DNA of 64,000 nucleotides from an uncultured Gammaproteobacteria bacterium (GCA_945787105.1 CALZGZ010000120.1:3159-67158); one strand, 5' to 3'; numbered from the stretch's first letter, positions 44,348 through 54,875 are shown. The notes: generated by a model not told the origin, from the letters alone. Numbers and translations: made by a program.

Positions 44348-46675
44348 ATGGCGAACAACGAAAACCTACTCGACGGAATGGAAGAGGTGATCCAGGAGTT
44401 CCTCGCCGAGAGCGTGGAAGGACTGGATCAGATGGACAACGATCTTGTTGCCCTGGAAGCCGATCCCGGCGATCCGGACTTGCTCGCCAACATCTTCCGC
44501 ACCATCCACAGCATCAAGGGTACCTGCGGTTTCTTCGGCTATGCCAAGCTGGAGTCGGTCTCCCATGTCGGCGAGAGTCTACTCAGCCAGCTGCGGGACG
44601 GTGAACTGGTGCTAACCCAGGAAATCGCCACGGTGTTACTCAATCTGGTGGACGCGATACGGGAAATGCTGACGGCGATCGAGTCCACGGGTACCGACGG
44701 CGAAAACAAGTACGTGGACCTGGTTGCGACACTGGGGCGACTGAAGGACGGGGCGTCGGCGACACCCGGCCCCCCGGCCAGTAAGTCGAAGAAAGCAAGC
44801 AACCACGCTAAAACAACCCGTAAAAATAAATCGAGCGATACCGAAGCGGCAACGGCCGAGGACGAACAGGCTCCGAGCGTCAAGCCGCAGCGAACCGGAA
44901 AGGACAGCCCTAAACCTGACGCCACAAGCGGCGAACAACCAAACCAGTCGACGCGCGGTGTTGTGTCCGTAGCGGAAAGCGCGATCCGGGTCGATGTGGA
45001 CATACTCGACAACCTAATGAATCTGGTAGGTGAGCTGGTGTTGGCGCGCAACCAGATCCTGGCATCTCCGGTTACCCAAGAAGACCCACTACTCACCAAC
45101 GCCTGCCAACGGTTGAACCTGATAACCAGTGAGCTTCAGCAGGACGTGATGAAGACCCGGATGCAGCCCATCAACACCATATGGAACAAATTCCCGCGGG
45201 TCGTCCGCGACATTGCCAAGGCCTACGGCAAACAGGCCAAGGTGGAAATGGAGGGTAAAGAAACCGAACTCGACAAGAGCCTGATCGAGGCGATGAAGGA
45301 TCCGCTCACTCACCTGATCAGAAATGCGGTGGATCACGGAATTGAAACGCCCGACGAGCGCGTGGCAAATGGGAAACCCGCCGAGGGGCGTGTTGCACTC
45401 ACCGCCTATCATGCGAGCGGCCAGGTGATCATCGAAATCGCTGATGACGGCGCTGGTATCAACGTGGCCCGGATCCGGGAGAAGGCCATCGAACTGGGAT
45501 TGATCACCTCCACCCAGGCATCCCAGATGAGCGAGCGCGATATCACTCGGTTGATATTCGCCCCGGGTATGACGACCTCGAAAAAGGTCACCAATATTTC
45601 CGGCCGCGGGGTAGGCATGGACGTCGTCAGGACCAACCTCGAAAAAATTGGTGGTTTTATTGAACTCGACAGCACACCGGGTCGTGGTTCGAGTTTTCGC
45701 ATCCAGCTGCCGTTGACGCTGGCCATCATCCCCGCGCTGCTGGTACGTAGCGGCAATGAATCTTTTGCTATTCCCCAGGGCAGCATCCTGGAGCTCATCC
45801 GCATAAATCAAGACGACTCCAGTTCCAGCATTGAGATGATTCACGGCGTTCCGGTATTCCGCCTGCGCGGCAAGCTGTTGCCGTTGGTCTACCTGAACCG
45901 CGAGTTGGAGCTGGGCGACACGCGCCAGCCGGACGGCATGTTGAACATCGTCGTGCTTCAAGTTGATCAGAGGAAATTCGGGCTCGTCGTCGAAGCGGTG
46001 GATGACTCCACGGAGATCGTGGTCAAGCCGCTGTCAGAAATCTTAAAGGCAATCCCGGTCTACGCCGGGGCAACAATCACCGGTAACGGTAAGGTGGCAC
46101 TTATTCTCGACGTGCTGGGTCTGGCGCAGCGTGCCAAGCTACTCTCGGAAAGTCAGGATCGATATATGGACGCGAACGCCGAGTCAACGACGCACGGTGG
46201 AGAGGCGGATCGTCGACCGTTCATCATCGCGAACACCACGGACGGTGGACACATTGCCATCCCCGTGGATTCCGTCGTCAGACTGGAGGAGTTCAAACGC
46301 GGTTGCCTGGAACAAGCCGGCAGCCGGACGGTTGTTCAGTACGGCGGCAAGATACTCCCGCTTATCAACCTGGCGGAATTGCTACAGGAGCGGCGCCGAA
46401 AACCCAGGAAAATAGTCGGCCAAGATACCAAGACCGCAAACGACGTCGTGCATGCCATCGTCTATTCCGTGGACGGCTACTCGGTAGGACTGATTGTCGA
46501 CCGAATCCAGGACATCGTGGATCACTCGCAAACAATGCAGGGCCCTCCCACACGCAAGGGAACGCTGGGCACCATAGTCATCCAGGAACGGATCACCGAG
46601 GTGTTCGACGTGGGATCGCTGCAGCGGGAAATCTGCTCCATGCACAAAACACCCCAACGCGCCGCGGGAGGATAG
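44348..46675 (+). CDS. cheA: chemotaxis histidine kinase CheA
   Basis: Hpt motif FRTIHSIKGTCGFFG. HATPase blocks HLIRNAVDHGIE, DDGAGI and GRGVGMDVV. C-terminal CheW-like domain. I placed the start at ATG 44348 (MANNENLL...); the ORF-track GTG at 44300 is also possible. Confidence 0.93.
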   Translation: MANNENLLDGMEEVIQEFLAESVEGLDQMDNDLVALEADPGDPDLLANIFRTIHSIKGTCGFFGYAKLESVSHVGESLLSQLRDGELVLTQEIATVLLNLVDAIREMLTAIESTGTDGENKYVDLVATLGRLKDGASATPGPPASKSKKASNHAKTTRKNKSSDTEAATAEDEQAPSVKPQRTGKDSPKPDATSGEQPNQSTRGVVSVAESAIRVDVDILDNLMNLVGELVLARNQILASPVTQEDPLLTNACQRLNLITSELQQDVMKTRMQPINTIWNKFPRVVRDIAKAYGKQAKVEMEGKETELDKSLIEAMKDPLTHLIRNAVDHGIETPDERVANGKPAEGRVALTAYHASGQVIIEIADDGAGINVARIREKAIELGLITSTQASQMSERDITRLIFAPGMTTSKKVTNISGRGVGMDVVRTNLEKIGGFIELDSTPGRGSSFRIQLPLTLAIIPALLVRSGNESFAIPQGSILELIRINQDDSSSSIEMIHGVPVFRLRGKLLPLVYLNRELELGDTRQPDGMLNIVVLQVDQRKFGLVVEAVDDSTEIVVKPLSEILKAIPVYAGATITGNGKVALILDVLGLAQRAKLLSESQDRYMDANAESTTHGGEADRRPFIIANTTDGGHIAIPVDSVVRLEEFKRGCLEQAGSRTVVQYGGKILPLINLAELLQERRRKPRKIVGQDTKTANDVVHAIVYSVDGYSVGLIVDRIQDIVDHSQTMQGPPTRKGTLGTIVIQERITEVFDVGSLQREICSMHKTPQRAAGG

Positions 46676-47173
46676 GTGAACGCATTGCGGCAAGTTTGCA
46701 CATTCATCGTCGATAGCCACCTGATCGGGTTGGACACGAAACATGTCCGCGAGGTGCTTCGGTTTCAAGAGCTGACCAACGTGCCTCTGTCGCCGCTTAC
46801 GGTCAGTGGGCTCATTAACCTCCGCGGTGAGATCGTAACCGCATTAGATCTGCGCATACGCCTGGAGCTACCCCCGCGGGCCAGCGATCAACCTCCCATC
46901 AACGTCGTAGTGCGGAACAACAGCGAGACGGTGAGTCTGCTCGTCGATGAAATCGGTGACGTGCTCGAAGTCACAGAGGATACCTTTGAACCAGCACCGG
47001 AGCACCTCGAAGGGGCAGCGCATGACCTAATCGTGGGAACCTATCAACTGGAGGATAAGCTTTTGCTCATGCTGAACTTGAAAAACACCATGGATCTCAG
47101 CGATTCGACGACTTCCACACGCAGTGTACACGCCAGTCGAGTCGCGGAAACAGACCTGAGGCAAACACAATGA
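46676..47173 (+). CDS. cheW: chemotaxis coupling protein CheW
   Basis: 165 aa. [22 protein letters not shown]...[15 protein letters not shown]. The GTG start follows the cheA stop immediately. Confidence 0.9.
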   Translation: MNALRQVCTFIVDSHLIGLDTKHVREVLRFQELTNVPLSPLTVSGLINLRGEIVTALDLRIRLELPPRASDQPPINVVVRNNSETVSLLVDEIGDVLEVTEDTFEPAPEHLEGAAHDLIVGTYQLEDKLLLMLNLKNTMDLSDSTTSTRSVHASRVAETDLRQTQ

Positions 47174-49338
47174 ACAGGATGCTTGTCCAAATCGGGAATC
47201 TCGGACACTCAACCAAGATACTTATCATCTCAGCAGTCAGCGGTTGTATGATTTTGACCGGCTTTGTGCTCACAGCTTATCGACTGTCCGGATCACAGGA
47301 GGAACCGATCACGCTGCTTCTGGGATTGGGCGCATGGGTGTTACTGATGGGTCTACCGGTGGCAATCGCCGCGCACCGATTCGCACGGCGGATTCGGCCA
47401 GTCACAGGGGCCCTGAAGGCGTTGGCCGCCGGGGACCTGAGTCCCAGAATCGGGTACACGGGGCACGACGAACTCGGTCAAATGGCCGAGGCCGTCAACG
47501 AAACCAATGCCACATTAGGTGAAGTATTCCGCGCGACGAGAGTCGATTGGGGCGAAATCACATTACAAAGTAACGAGTTGTTGCGATTTATGGCGATGAT
47601 AGAAAGTGCATCGGTGAATTTCATCTATGCCGATCGAGATCTCGTGATCCGTTACCTCAATCCATCATCCCGACACACGCTGGCGAAGCTCGCGCCGCAT
47701 ATCTCCCACCCGGTGGATGCGCTGATAGATCAGCCTCTAAAAATACTCCACGCGAAGCTTGAGCCAATCTGGGAGGCACTCGTAGAGCCCAAGGATGCGC
47801 CAGAGCATATGTCGCTGGAATTCGGTCCCGAATCGGTCCGCATCGCGGCATCGCCGGTTTACGAAGCCGATGACAAATGCATCGGAGTCTTGCTGAGTTG
47901 GGAATTGAATACGGATATGCTCAACATGGAGAGCCAGATGCGGGCGTTGCGTGATCAAGAGCGCCTTCTGAATGACGATCTACGAAACAAGCTCGGCAAT
48001 ATTCTGGAAGTGGTACGATCCGCCAACGACGGTGACCTGACCAAGGAAGTGTCATTCACGGGCGAAGACACGGTGGGGCAACTGGGTGAGGGCGTGAGAA
48101 AACTAGTCAGCGGCATGCGTAGCCGGCTGTCCGCCATCGACGAAAGCGCGGATGCAGTCACCTCGTCGTCGGATAGCCTGATGCACATCAGCAAACACAT
48201 ATCGACCACTGCCAACGAGGTCCTCGATGGTGTTAACACGGTGTCCGCCACAACCTTGAACTTGAATGAACGGGTCCAATCCGTGGCTGCCGCAACCGAG
48301 CAGATGACAGCGAGCGTTGCCGAGATCTCAAAAAACGCCGGAAACGCCCTATCGGTCGCGGTAACCGCCATGCAGGCGGCGGAAGACACCAACGAGACGA
48401 TCGGCCGTCTGGGTCAACGGGGCGCGGAAATCGGTGACGTCGTAAAGATGATCACCGCGATCGCCGAACAGACCAACCTACTTGCCCTTAACGCCACTAT
48501 CGAAGCCGCCCGGGCGGGTGACGCGGGCAAGGGATTTGCGGTGGTCGCCAACGAAGTCAAGGAACTCGCGAAACAGACCGCCTGCGCCACCGAGGATATC
48601 GGACAGAAGATCGCCGGTATCCAAGTCGACACCAACATGGCGGTGGACGCCATCGGCGAGATCCACGACATTGTCAATCAAATCAATGATATTCAGACCA
48701 GCATCGCGACCGCAATGGAGCAGCAGATGGTGGTGACTAAAACGATAGCCAAGGATGTTGCCGAGGTCGCCAAAGGCGGTACGCAGATCCCCTCCAACCT
48801 GTCAGGTTTGGCGGAGGCCGCCCAAGGCCCAGTGGATGGCAGCCGGGGAATCGAAGCGGAAGCCGAGCGTCTGACCCGCATGACCTCCGAGTTGAAGGCC
48901 CTGATCAGGCATTTCAGATTCCAGGACGATTTTCAGCCGTCGATTATGTGGGAAGAGGAACTATCGATCGGCGTAGACTCGCTGGACCGGCAACATGAAG
49001 CGCTTGCCAGTTTGATCAACCAGCTCAACCAGGCTGCGGGCGCCGGTCAATCAGCAGACCGACTGATCATGATCCTCGGGATCATTGCCGAGCAGGTGGA
49101 TTCTCACCTCGACCATACGAAAGATCTAATTCGGGAGCTCGGCGATAACGACAGTGACACACCCCTCCCCGAGCACGAGCAATTCGCGCGGGAGTGCTCG
49201 ACGCTGCACCAACAATGTCTGCAAGGTGAGACAACCGTAGACGGAAACTTGGTAGATGTCATCACGCAGCGTTTCCGGTCACATCTGTGCGAAGACAAGA
49301 CCCTGTCAACTCGATTGGTTCACTCACACGCTGCCTGA
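47170..49338 (+). CDS. methyl-accepting chemotaxis protein: TM hairpin-HAMP-PAS-MCP signalling domain-C-terminal hemerythrin-like domain
   Basis: 722 aa. ATGA overlap with cheW. HAMP ([22 protein letters not shown]). PAS-like ([19 protein letters not shown]). Tip block [36 protein letters not shown]-terminal [27 protein letters not shown]...FRSHLCEDK. Confidence 0.9.
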   Translation: MNRMLVQIGNLGHSTKILIISAVSGCMILTGFVLTAYRLSGSQEEPITLLLGLGAWVLLMGLPVAIAAHRFARRIRPVTGALKALAAGDLSPRIGYTGHDELGQMAEAVNETNATLGEVFRATRVDWGEITLQSNELLRFMAMIESASVNFIYADRDLVIRYLNPSSRHTLAKLAPHISHPVDALIDQPLKILHAKLEPIWEALVEPKDAPEHMSLEFGPESVRIAASPVYEADDKCIGVLLSWELNTDMLNMESQMRALRDQERLLNDDLRNKLGNILEVVRSANDGDLTKEVSFTGEDTVGQLGEGVRKLVSGMRSRLSAIDESADAVTSSSDSLMHISKHISTTANEVLDGVNTVSATTLNLNERVQSVAAATEQMTASVAEISKNAGNALSVAVTAMQAAEDTNETIGRLGQRGAEIGDVVKMITAIAEQTNLLALNATIEAARAGDAGKGFAVVANEVKELAKQTACATEDIGQKIAGIQVDTNMAVDAIGEIHDIVNQINDIQTSIATAMEQQMVVTKTIAKDVAEVAKGGTQIPSNLSGLAEAAQGPVDGSRGIEAEAERLTRMTSELKALIRHFRFQDDFQPSIMWEEELSIGVDSLDRQHEALASLINQLNQAAGAGQSADRLIMILGIIAEQVDSHLDHTKDLIRELGDNDSDTPLPEHEQFARECSTLHQQCLQGETTVDGNLVDVITQRFRSHLCEDKTLSTRLVHSHAA

Positions 49339-49364
49339 TTATCGGATACCCAAGGATCACAAAT

Positions 49365-50489
49365 ATGGAACCCACTCGAGTGCTATTAGTCGATGACGAC
49401 AAGACGGTGACGCGGCTGCTCGTCATGCTGCTGACGGAGGACCCGGAGATCGAAGTGGTCGGCACCGCGCTAAACGGTTTGGAAGCGCTCGCGAAGGTCC
49501 CCGAATTACATCCGGATGTGATCATTCTGGACGTCGAGATGCCGGTCATGGATGGCCTGGAAACGGTGTCTGTGCTTCATAAACGGCATCCGCACGTGAT
49601 CGTCATAATGTTCAGCACATACACCCAACGTGGCGCATCTCAGACCCTGAAGGCCCTCGCACGGGGCGCGAGCGATTACATAACAAAGCCCACCACCGGA
49701 TTGGACGAGGCACGAAACGTCATAAATTTGGAGCTGCGGCCGAAAATCACGGCACTGATGGACCACAAGGTGGGACTAACAAAAAAGTACTCGGTACAAA
49801 ACATCGAGAAACCCAAGGTTCCGGTAGTTGCGCCTGCACCTGTTACGGCCGTCCCCTACCGGCCGACTACGACACCCACGGTGCTGGTGATCGGCGCTTC
49901 CACCGGGGGACCGCAGGCGCTCAGCACGTTATTCGCCACACTACCACCGACTTTCCCGGCCCCGATACTAGTCGTACAACATATGGCGGCGACGTTCACG
50001 CGCTTGTTCGCCCAGCGCTTGGCGCAAAGTTGCGCGATCCCGGTCTCCGAAGGTGCAGACGGCGACCTTGTTCGACCCGGTTGCGTTGTCATAGCACCCG
50101 GCGACTACCACATGGAGCTCGGGAAAAACGGCGAGCAGATCACCGTAAGCTTGAACCAGGCACCGCAACAGAACTTCTGCCGGCCGTCGCTGGACCCCTT
50201 ATTTGTTTCCGCCGCCAGACAATACGGACGCCGCGTGTTAGCAGTAGTCCTCACCGGTATGGGACACGACGGCCTGCGGGGTTGTCAGGCGGTGCGTGAT
50301 GCCGGTGGCCAGGTACTGGTGCAAGACGAAGCGAGCAGCGCGGTGTGGGGAATGCCGAAACACGTTGCTAAAGCAGGACTCGCCGACAAGGTCTTGACGC
50401 TCGATGACCTGGCCCCGTCGATTATGAACATCATGGCGCCGACAGGTACCGCCGGATGGAGCCGGGTAAGCGACGATGCGGCGTCATGA
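49365..50489 (+). CDS. cheB: chemotaxis response regulator protein-glutamate methylesterase CheB
   Basis: I moved the start to ATG 49365 (MEPTRVLLVDDD...). REC domain (DVIILDVEMPVMDG). Esterase blocks VIGASTGGPQAL and GMGHDG. Confidence 0.9.
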   Translation: MEPTRVLLVDDDKTVTRLLVMLLTEDPEIEVVGTALNGLEALAKVPELHPDVIILDVEMPVMDGLETVSVLHKRHPHVIVIMFSTYTQRGASQTLKALARGASDYITKPTTGLDEARNVINLELRPKITALMDHKVGLTKKYSVQNIEKPKVPVVAPAPVTAVPYRPTTTPTVLVIGASTGGPQALSTLFATLPPTFPAPILVVQHMAATFTRLFAQRLAQSCAIPVSEGADGDLVRPGCVVIAPGDYHMELGKNGEQITVSLNQAPQQNFCRPSLDPLFVSAARQYGRRVLAVVLTGMGHDGLRGCQAVRDAGGQVLVQDEASSAVWGMPKHVAKAGLADKVLTLDDLAPSIMNIMAPTGTAGWSRVSDDAAS

Positions 50490-51357
50490 CATCCACTACA
50501 TCTGCGATCTAATCAGATCGTGTGCGGGGATTGAACTCGACGCAAAAGAGTATCTGATGGAACAACGTCTGCAGCCGCTGTGTTACCGTGAAAAGCTGGA
50601 CACCATTGAACAGTTGGTTGCTGTCATGCGTTCACAGACCGATGGGGACTTACTGGATCGGGTGGTCGACGCGTTTACGAACAACGAAACATCGTTCTTT
50701 CGTGATGTGCGCCCGTTTGAGGTATTGTCATCGTCGGTACTACCGGAGATCTTCGAGCGCGTGTACGGGGGACGGGTCAATATCTGGTCCGCCGGCTGCT
50801 CGGCCGGACAGGAAGCATACAGCATCGCCATGTCGCTCAAAGAGCGTTTCACGTCCGCGCAACGACGTCGCGTTCGCATTCTCGCCAGCGACATCTCAGC
50901 GACCATGATCGCACTGGCCAAGAACGGCGTGTACAGCGATTACCAAATTAGCCGGGGTCTCGCTCCTGAATTCAAAGACAAATACTTTGGAAATGATGGC
51001 GGGCTTTGGCGCGTCAACCGCACACTCGCTTCGATGATTGATTTTCGAAAAATCAATTTTCTGGCGCTACCGCCTGACCTGCCGAGAATGGATGTGGTGT
51101 TCCTGCGTAACGTGTTGATATATTTTTCCGAGGAAACCCGCATGCGTGTATTGACACAAATCCACGAGATCCTGCGTCCAGGAGGTTACCTCTTTCTCGG
51201 TGTTCCTGAAACAAACGTCAAGGCGATGGGCAAGTTTGAGAGAATAATCGAGAACAAGACGATGTATTTTCGAGTACCCAACCCATCGGTTGCGACCATC
51301 GATAAAGATTCGCGGCCGACGACCGATAATCCCATTAAAGGTCAGAACACGGGATAG
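50476..51357 (+). CDS. cheR: chemotaxis protein methyltransferase CheR
   Basis: 293 aa. TNNETSFFRD, IWSAGCSAGQEAYSIAM and VFLRNVLIYF blocks. Overlaps cheB by 14 nt. Confidence 0.9.
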   Translation: MRRHDIHYICDLIRSCAGIELDAKEYLMEQRLQPLCYREKLDTIEQLVAVMRSQTDGDLLDRVVDAFTNNETSFFRDVRPFEVLSSSVLPEIFERVYGGRVNIWSAGCSAGQEAYSIAMSLKERFTSAQRRRVRILASDISATMIALAKNGVYSDYQISRGLAPEFKDKYFGNDGGLWRVNRTLASMIDFRKINFLALPPDLPRMDVVFLRNVLIYFSEETRMRVLTQIHEILRPGGYLFLGVPETNVKAMGKFERIIENKTMYFRVPNPSVATIDKDSRPTTDNPIKGQNTG

Positions 51358-51377
51358 ACCGACAAGCTGGAGAAGCC

Positions 51378-51740
51378 ATGAAGATACTGATCGTAGATGA
51401 CAGCAAAGCAATGCGCCTGCTCGTGAAGCGCACCTTGCGAATGGCGGGATTTGGCGACCACGACACCATCGAAGCCACCAACGGCGCGGAGGCGATCGGC
51501 GTGGTGCAGAAGGAGAAACCCGATCTCGTACTTTCCGATTGGAACATGCCGGAGATGAACGGCATCCAGTTGTTGCAGGCACTCAGAGATCAGGGCACCG
51601 ACGTAAACTTCGGATTCGTGACCACAGAGGCCTCCGACGAGATGCGGAAGATGGCCACCGAGGCGGGTGCCAGTTTCTTTATCACCAAGCCGTTTACGCC
51701 GGAATCCATGGAACAGACGTTGGCGCCGGTTATCGGCTAG
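51378..51740 (+). CDS. cheY: chemotaxis response regulator CheY
   Basis: 120 aa. MKILIVDDSKAMR...DLVLSDWNMPEMNG...ITKPF. GGAGA Shine-Dalgarno. Confidence 0.95.
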   Translation: MKILIVDDSKAMRLLVKRTLRMAGFGDHDTIEATNGAEAIGVVQKEKPDLVLSDWNMPEMNGIQLLQALRDQGTDVNFGFVTTEASDEMRKMATEAGASFFITKPFTPESMEQTLAPVIG

Positions 51741-51825
51741 CCCGTATTCCTTGTACAGGCAAGCCGGTAAAATAGACCGGGGATCCGTGAACCGATTCAT
51801 CATTCGATTGTGAGGATTTACCGCT

Positions 51826-52302
51826 ATGGGTGGGGTTTTTTCGTTTCCAAGCTTGAATGAAATTGCCAAGACGTTGACCCTGCTTTTGGGCAAGGACGTT
51901 TCCGTGGCTGCAGGGACACCAATCACCACATCACCGAAGATCGCTGGCGCGTATATCGATCCGCAGGGACAACTCGGCGCGCTGGGTCTGGTCGATCTTC
52001 CCCTGGCCAGCTACAGCGGAGCGGCGCTGACCATGATCCCCTGTAACATGGCTACCACAAACATCAACGCCGGTAAGCTGTCGGATGAGATCCGCGACAA
52101 CCTCCAGGAGGTCTTCAACGTTATGGTCGCCTTCTTTAATCAGGGCGATGTACCGCATATTCGCTTCTCCGAAATGCATATCACGCCACCGGCGTTGCCT
52201 GGCGACATTGATGCGTTATTGGGCGGGGCAGTGCAGCATGCCGACCTCGATGTTGACATTTCGGGATACGGTGGGGGTAAGCTATCGCTGTACGCCATAT
52301 GA
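51826..52302 (+). CDS. CheX/CheC-family CheY-P phosphatase-like protein
   Basis: 158 aa. Contains an exact D-X3-E-X2-N-X22-P motif (DNLQEVFN + 22 aa + P, with E95 and N98). Last gene of the che operon. Confidence 0.55.
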   Translation: MGGVFSFPSLNEIAKTLTLLLGKDVSVAAGTPITTSPKIAGAYIDPQGQLGALGLVDLPLASYSGAALTMIPCNMATTNINAGKLSDEIRDNLQEVFNVMVAFFNQGDVPHIRFSEMHITPPALPGDIDALLGGAVQHADLDVDISGYGGGKLSLYAI

Positions 52303-52325
52303 CGCAAGGCGGCGCGAAAGAATCC

Positions 52326-52356
52326 GGGTCGAAGTGGGACGCTTCGACCCTTTTTT
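52326..52356 (+). terminator. rho-independent terminator of the che operon
   Basis: GGGTCGAAG-tgggacg-CTTCGACCC is a perfect 9-bp stem with a 7-nt loop, followed by TTTTTT. It begins 24 nt after the stop at 52302. Confidence 0.85.
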
Positions 52357-53188
52357 ACGCTGCATCGGTGCTCTGCTGCCGGGCCCCGCAATGGGGACAA
52401 TATGCGAACCGGACCTCGATGGACCTACCGCAGAGCGTGCATTGCGTGCGATTGGTCATCGTGCTGGCGATCTTGTACGACACCACGCCAGTAATCATGG
52501 CAAACATGGCGATCCCCATGATCATCAACAGGGCGGCCAGCAGCTTGCCCGCGGTGGTGTGCGGCACGATGTCGCCATACCCAACCGTGGTCATCGTCAC
52601 TAGGCTCCACCATACACCGCCGAAGGCGTTGGCGACGGTTTCCGGTTCAAGCAGATAAATCACGTTGCCCGCCATCAGCACCGCGACCCCGATGCTGGCG
52701 ACGGCAACCAAAACGATTTCGACGACATCGCGCATGGATGCGATAAACAGCCACAAGGTGCTGAGGTAACGCGCCAGCTTCAGCAGGCGGACGATTCTCA
52801 ACAAGCGCAGTGCGAGCGCCGGATCTCCGGTAAGCAGTAACGGCAATACCGTGAACAGATCCACCAGTCCAAAGAAACCGAAGGCGTATTCTCGACGCCG
52901 CTGGGCGGCGTACAATCGCAGCAGGTATTCGACGGCAAATGCACCCGTTATCGACACCTCTGCGATCCAGATCATCCGGCCCCATCGATGGTGAATTTCC
53001 GGCACAGTGGCCAGCATGGACAGCAGTACCCCACCGATGACAACAAAAATAATAAAGAGATTGACGTTACGGCCGACGGGGTTCTTGAGGTCAAAAAGCA
53101 ACCGGTTGAGCCGTGCACGCAGCGCGCCGAAAAACCCCACCAGGGTTGCTCGGCTTGACGGGACGCGTTCCATGGCACCGCGGTTCAT
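52355..53188 (-). CDS. voltage-gated-type (6TM) potassium channel with C-terminal zinc-ribbon
   Basis: Selectivity filter TTVGYGD. S4-like LRLLRIVRLLKLAR. C-terminal CTLCGRSIEVRFAYCPHCG. The ORF-track start (53419) adds a non-channel-like, R/G-rich 77 aa, so I used internal ATG 53188; 53173 is also possible. Confidence 0.8.
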   Translation of the reverse strand: MNRGAMERVPSSRATLVGFFGALRARLNRLLFDLKNPVGRNVNLFIIFVVIGGVLLSMLATVPEIHHRWGRMIWIAEVSITGAFAVEYLLRLYAAQRRREYAFGFFGLVDLFTVLPLLLTGDPALALRLLRIVRLLKLARYLSTLWLFIASMRDVVEIVLVAVASIGVAVLMAGNVIYLLEPETVANAFGGVWWSLVTMTTVGYGDIVPHTTAGKLLAALLMIMGIAMFAMITGVVSYKIASTMTNRTQCTLCGRSIEVRFAYCPHCGARQQSTDAA

Positions 53189-53645
53189 CGGACATGACCG
53201 GCCGTTGGAGCTCGACGGCCTACATGGCCTACCACCCAGCCCGGTTGCCCGAGCAAAGCAGCGACCGAATCCCGGATTCCAAACAACGTGCCAACCTCGC
53301 TTGCGTGCGGTTTTTGTGAAATTTGTGGGCCGGCGCGGACTCCCACTTTCCGGCTCCCATAATCCATTATCGGCCCGGTGGACAGCGAGCTTTAGCACTA
53401 TTAGTCCTAACCCGCGCATCGCACTAAGGCGGCGAAAAAAACAGCGGTTACATTGACTCCAACCGGCAAGAAAATGAGGTCTGAATTGAAATCAACCGCC
53501 GATTCTCAAAGCGTCGGTGATGGGAGGGAATCAAGAGACAGCGGTAGGTCACCGGCGGGCGCAGGGTGTTCAGATATGGCCAGGTATCGTAACCTCAATT
53601 GTCATCGCACGCAGCTTCCCGGCCCCGGGGGTCGCGCCATCCAGA

Positions 53646-54104
53646 TCATTCCGCAATCGGGCTGTCGATTGCGTTGCCGGCGGAATCGAAAAATCGCACC
53701 GTGTAACAACGATCCTGATCGTATAGATACTCCTCGTAGGACGTCAGTTTACCCTGCGGATCAACGTAATCTCCCCTGGTGGGCCGACCATTCTCATTGA
53801 GCTTGTAGCGTTTGTTGTAGACTGGGCTTTTGTGCTTGTCAAAAACGGACATCGACGACTCATGGATGTTGTTCCCTGCGTAGCGATATGTCGCGAAATG
53901 ATCCACCTCTCCGTTATCCAGGTACTTTACATACTCGGTTAGACGTCCTTTGTCATCGTACACACAGATCGTGTGATTCTTCATGACATGCCGCGCGTCG
54001 TAGTTGGCTATGTGTACCTTCAAACCACTCGCGTTACGGGTTATCACCGTGTGCGCGCCATCCTCCCACTCGTGTACCTCTGTGCTCATGTCCGGAGAAC
54101 GCAT
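53646..54104 (-). CDS. hypothetical protein with YD-repeat-like motifs
   Basis: 152 aa with no signal peptide. ICVYDDKGRLTEYVKY, ATYRYAGNNI and YLYDQDRCYTVRFFDSAGN resemble YxYDxxGRL repeats. Lies in a locally AT-richer, coding-sparse stretch. Confidence 0.45.
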   Translation of the reverse strand: MRSPDMSTEVHEWEDGAHTVITRNASGLKVHIANYDARHVMKNHTICVYDDKGRLTEYVKYLDNGEVDHFATYRYAGNNIHESSMSVFDKHKSPVYNKRYKLNENGRPTRGDYVDPQGKLTSYEEYLYDQDRCYTVRFFDSAGNAIDSPIAE

Positions 54105-54875
54105 CTCTACTCACGTACCTTTGTTCGTCTCACTCATTTGGTTTCTGATTTTTACCTTATGCGTAGAGGCTGCAGTGTTAACCGCTAACGCGCTCCGCAT
54201 TGCATGCCCGTATATAGCAAACGATCAATAAACTTCAACTTTGCAGTACTTCCCGCTGCTGCAAACGCGCGGAACATGCAGATCAACACCATCCGGCGGC
54301 AGAGGTATCATCGCGTCCTCCCATTGCCCGCATCACACCAAACACGTGAGAGCTAACTGATTGTCAGTTATTATTAATCCGTTCTTGAGGGGAAAGTTTT
54401 TCATCATTTTGAACAGCGGTGCCGCTAGCGCCGACTGCGGATTTCCAATTACCCGCGTGGATTGTCTCCGACCTTCCGCATTTACCACGCATCGGTAAAA
54501 AGCTATCGTTCATCAATTCGCTGCCACGTGCCTAATCTACGCGCTAGAGATAACCTCCTGTTATTGAGTGAAGTTTTTGCCGAGCAAAATAGTTATTCAA
54601 TTTTCTGAAAATGCGGTGACGGACATCGCCGCATCCACCTTCGATCTCATGACCATTCCATCAACCCGCGGATTGGCAAACGTATTTCCTCCCCCGGGCT
54701 ATGCCCACGCATACAACGAATTGGGGAGACGCCCGGTGGGCAATGATTCGCTTTATTATCTCGCTACGGGCGACACCGTCGATGTCGCCGGCGTGAATGG
54801 CGAACTCAATAAATGTGGCGGGTGTACTAATCGAGGACTACGAGCAACTAAAATGACGAATCGGACACCCCCAGG

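Noticed and set aside
51067-51929. Minus-strand ORFs 51067-51582 and 51342-51929 across cheR and cheY
   Set aside because: They are antisense to unambiguous cheR and cheY coding sequence.
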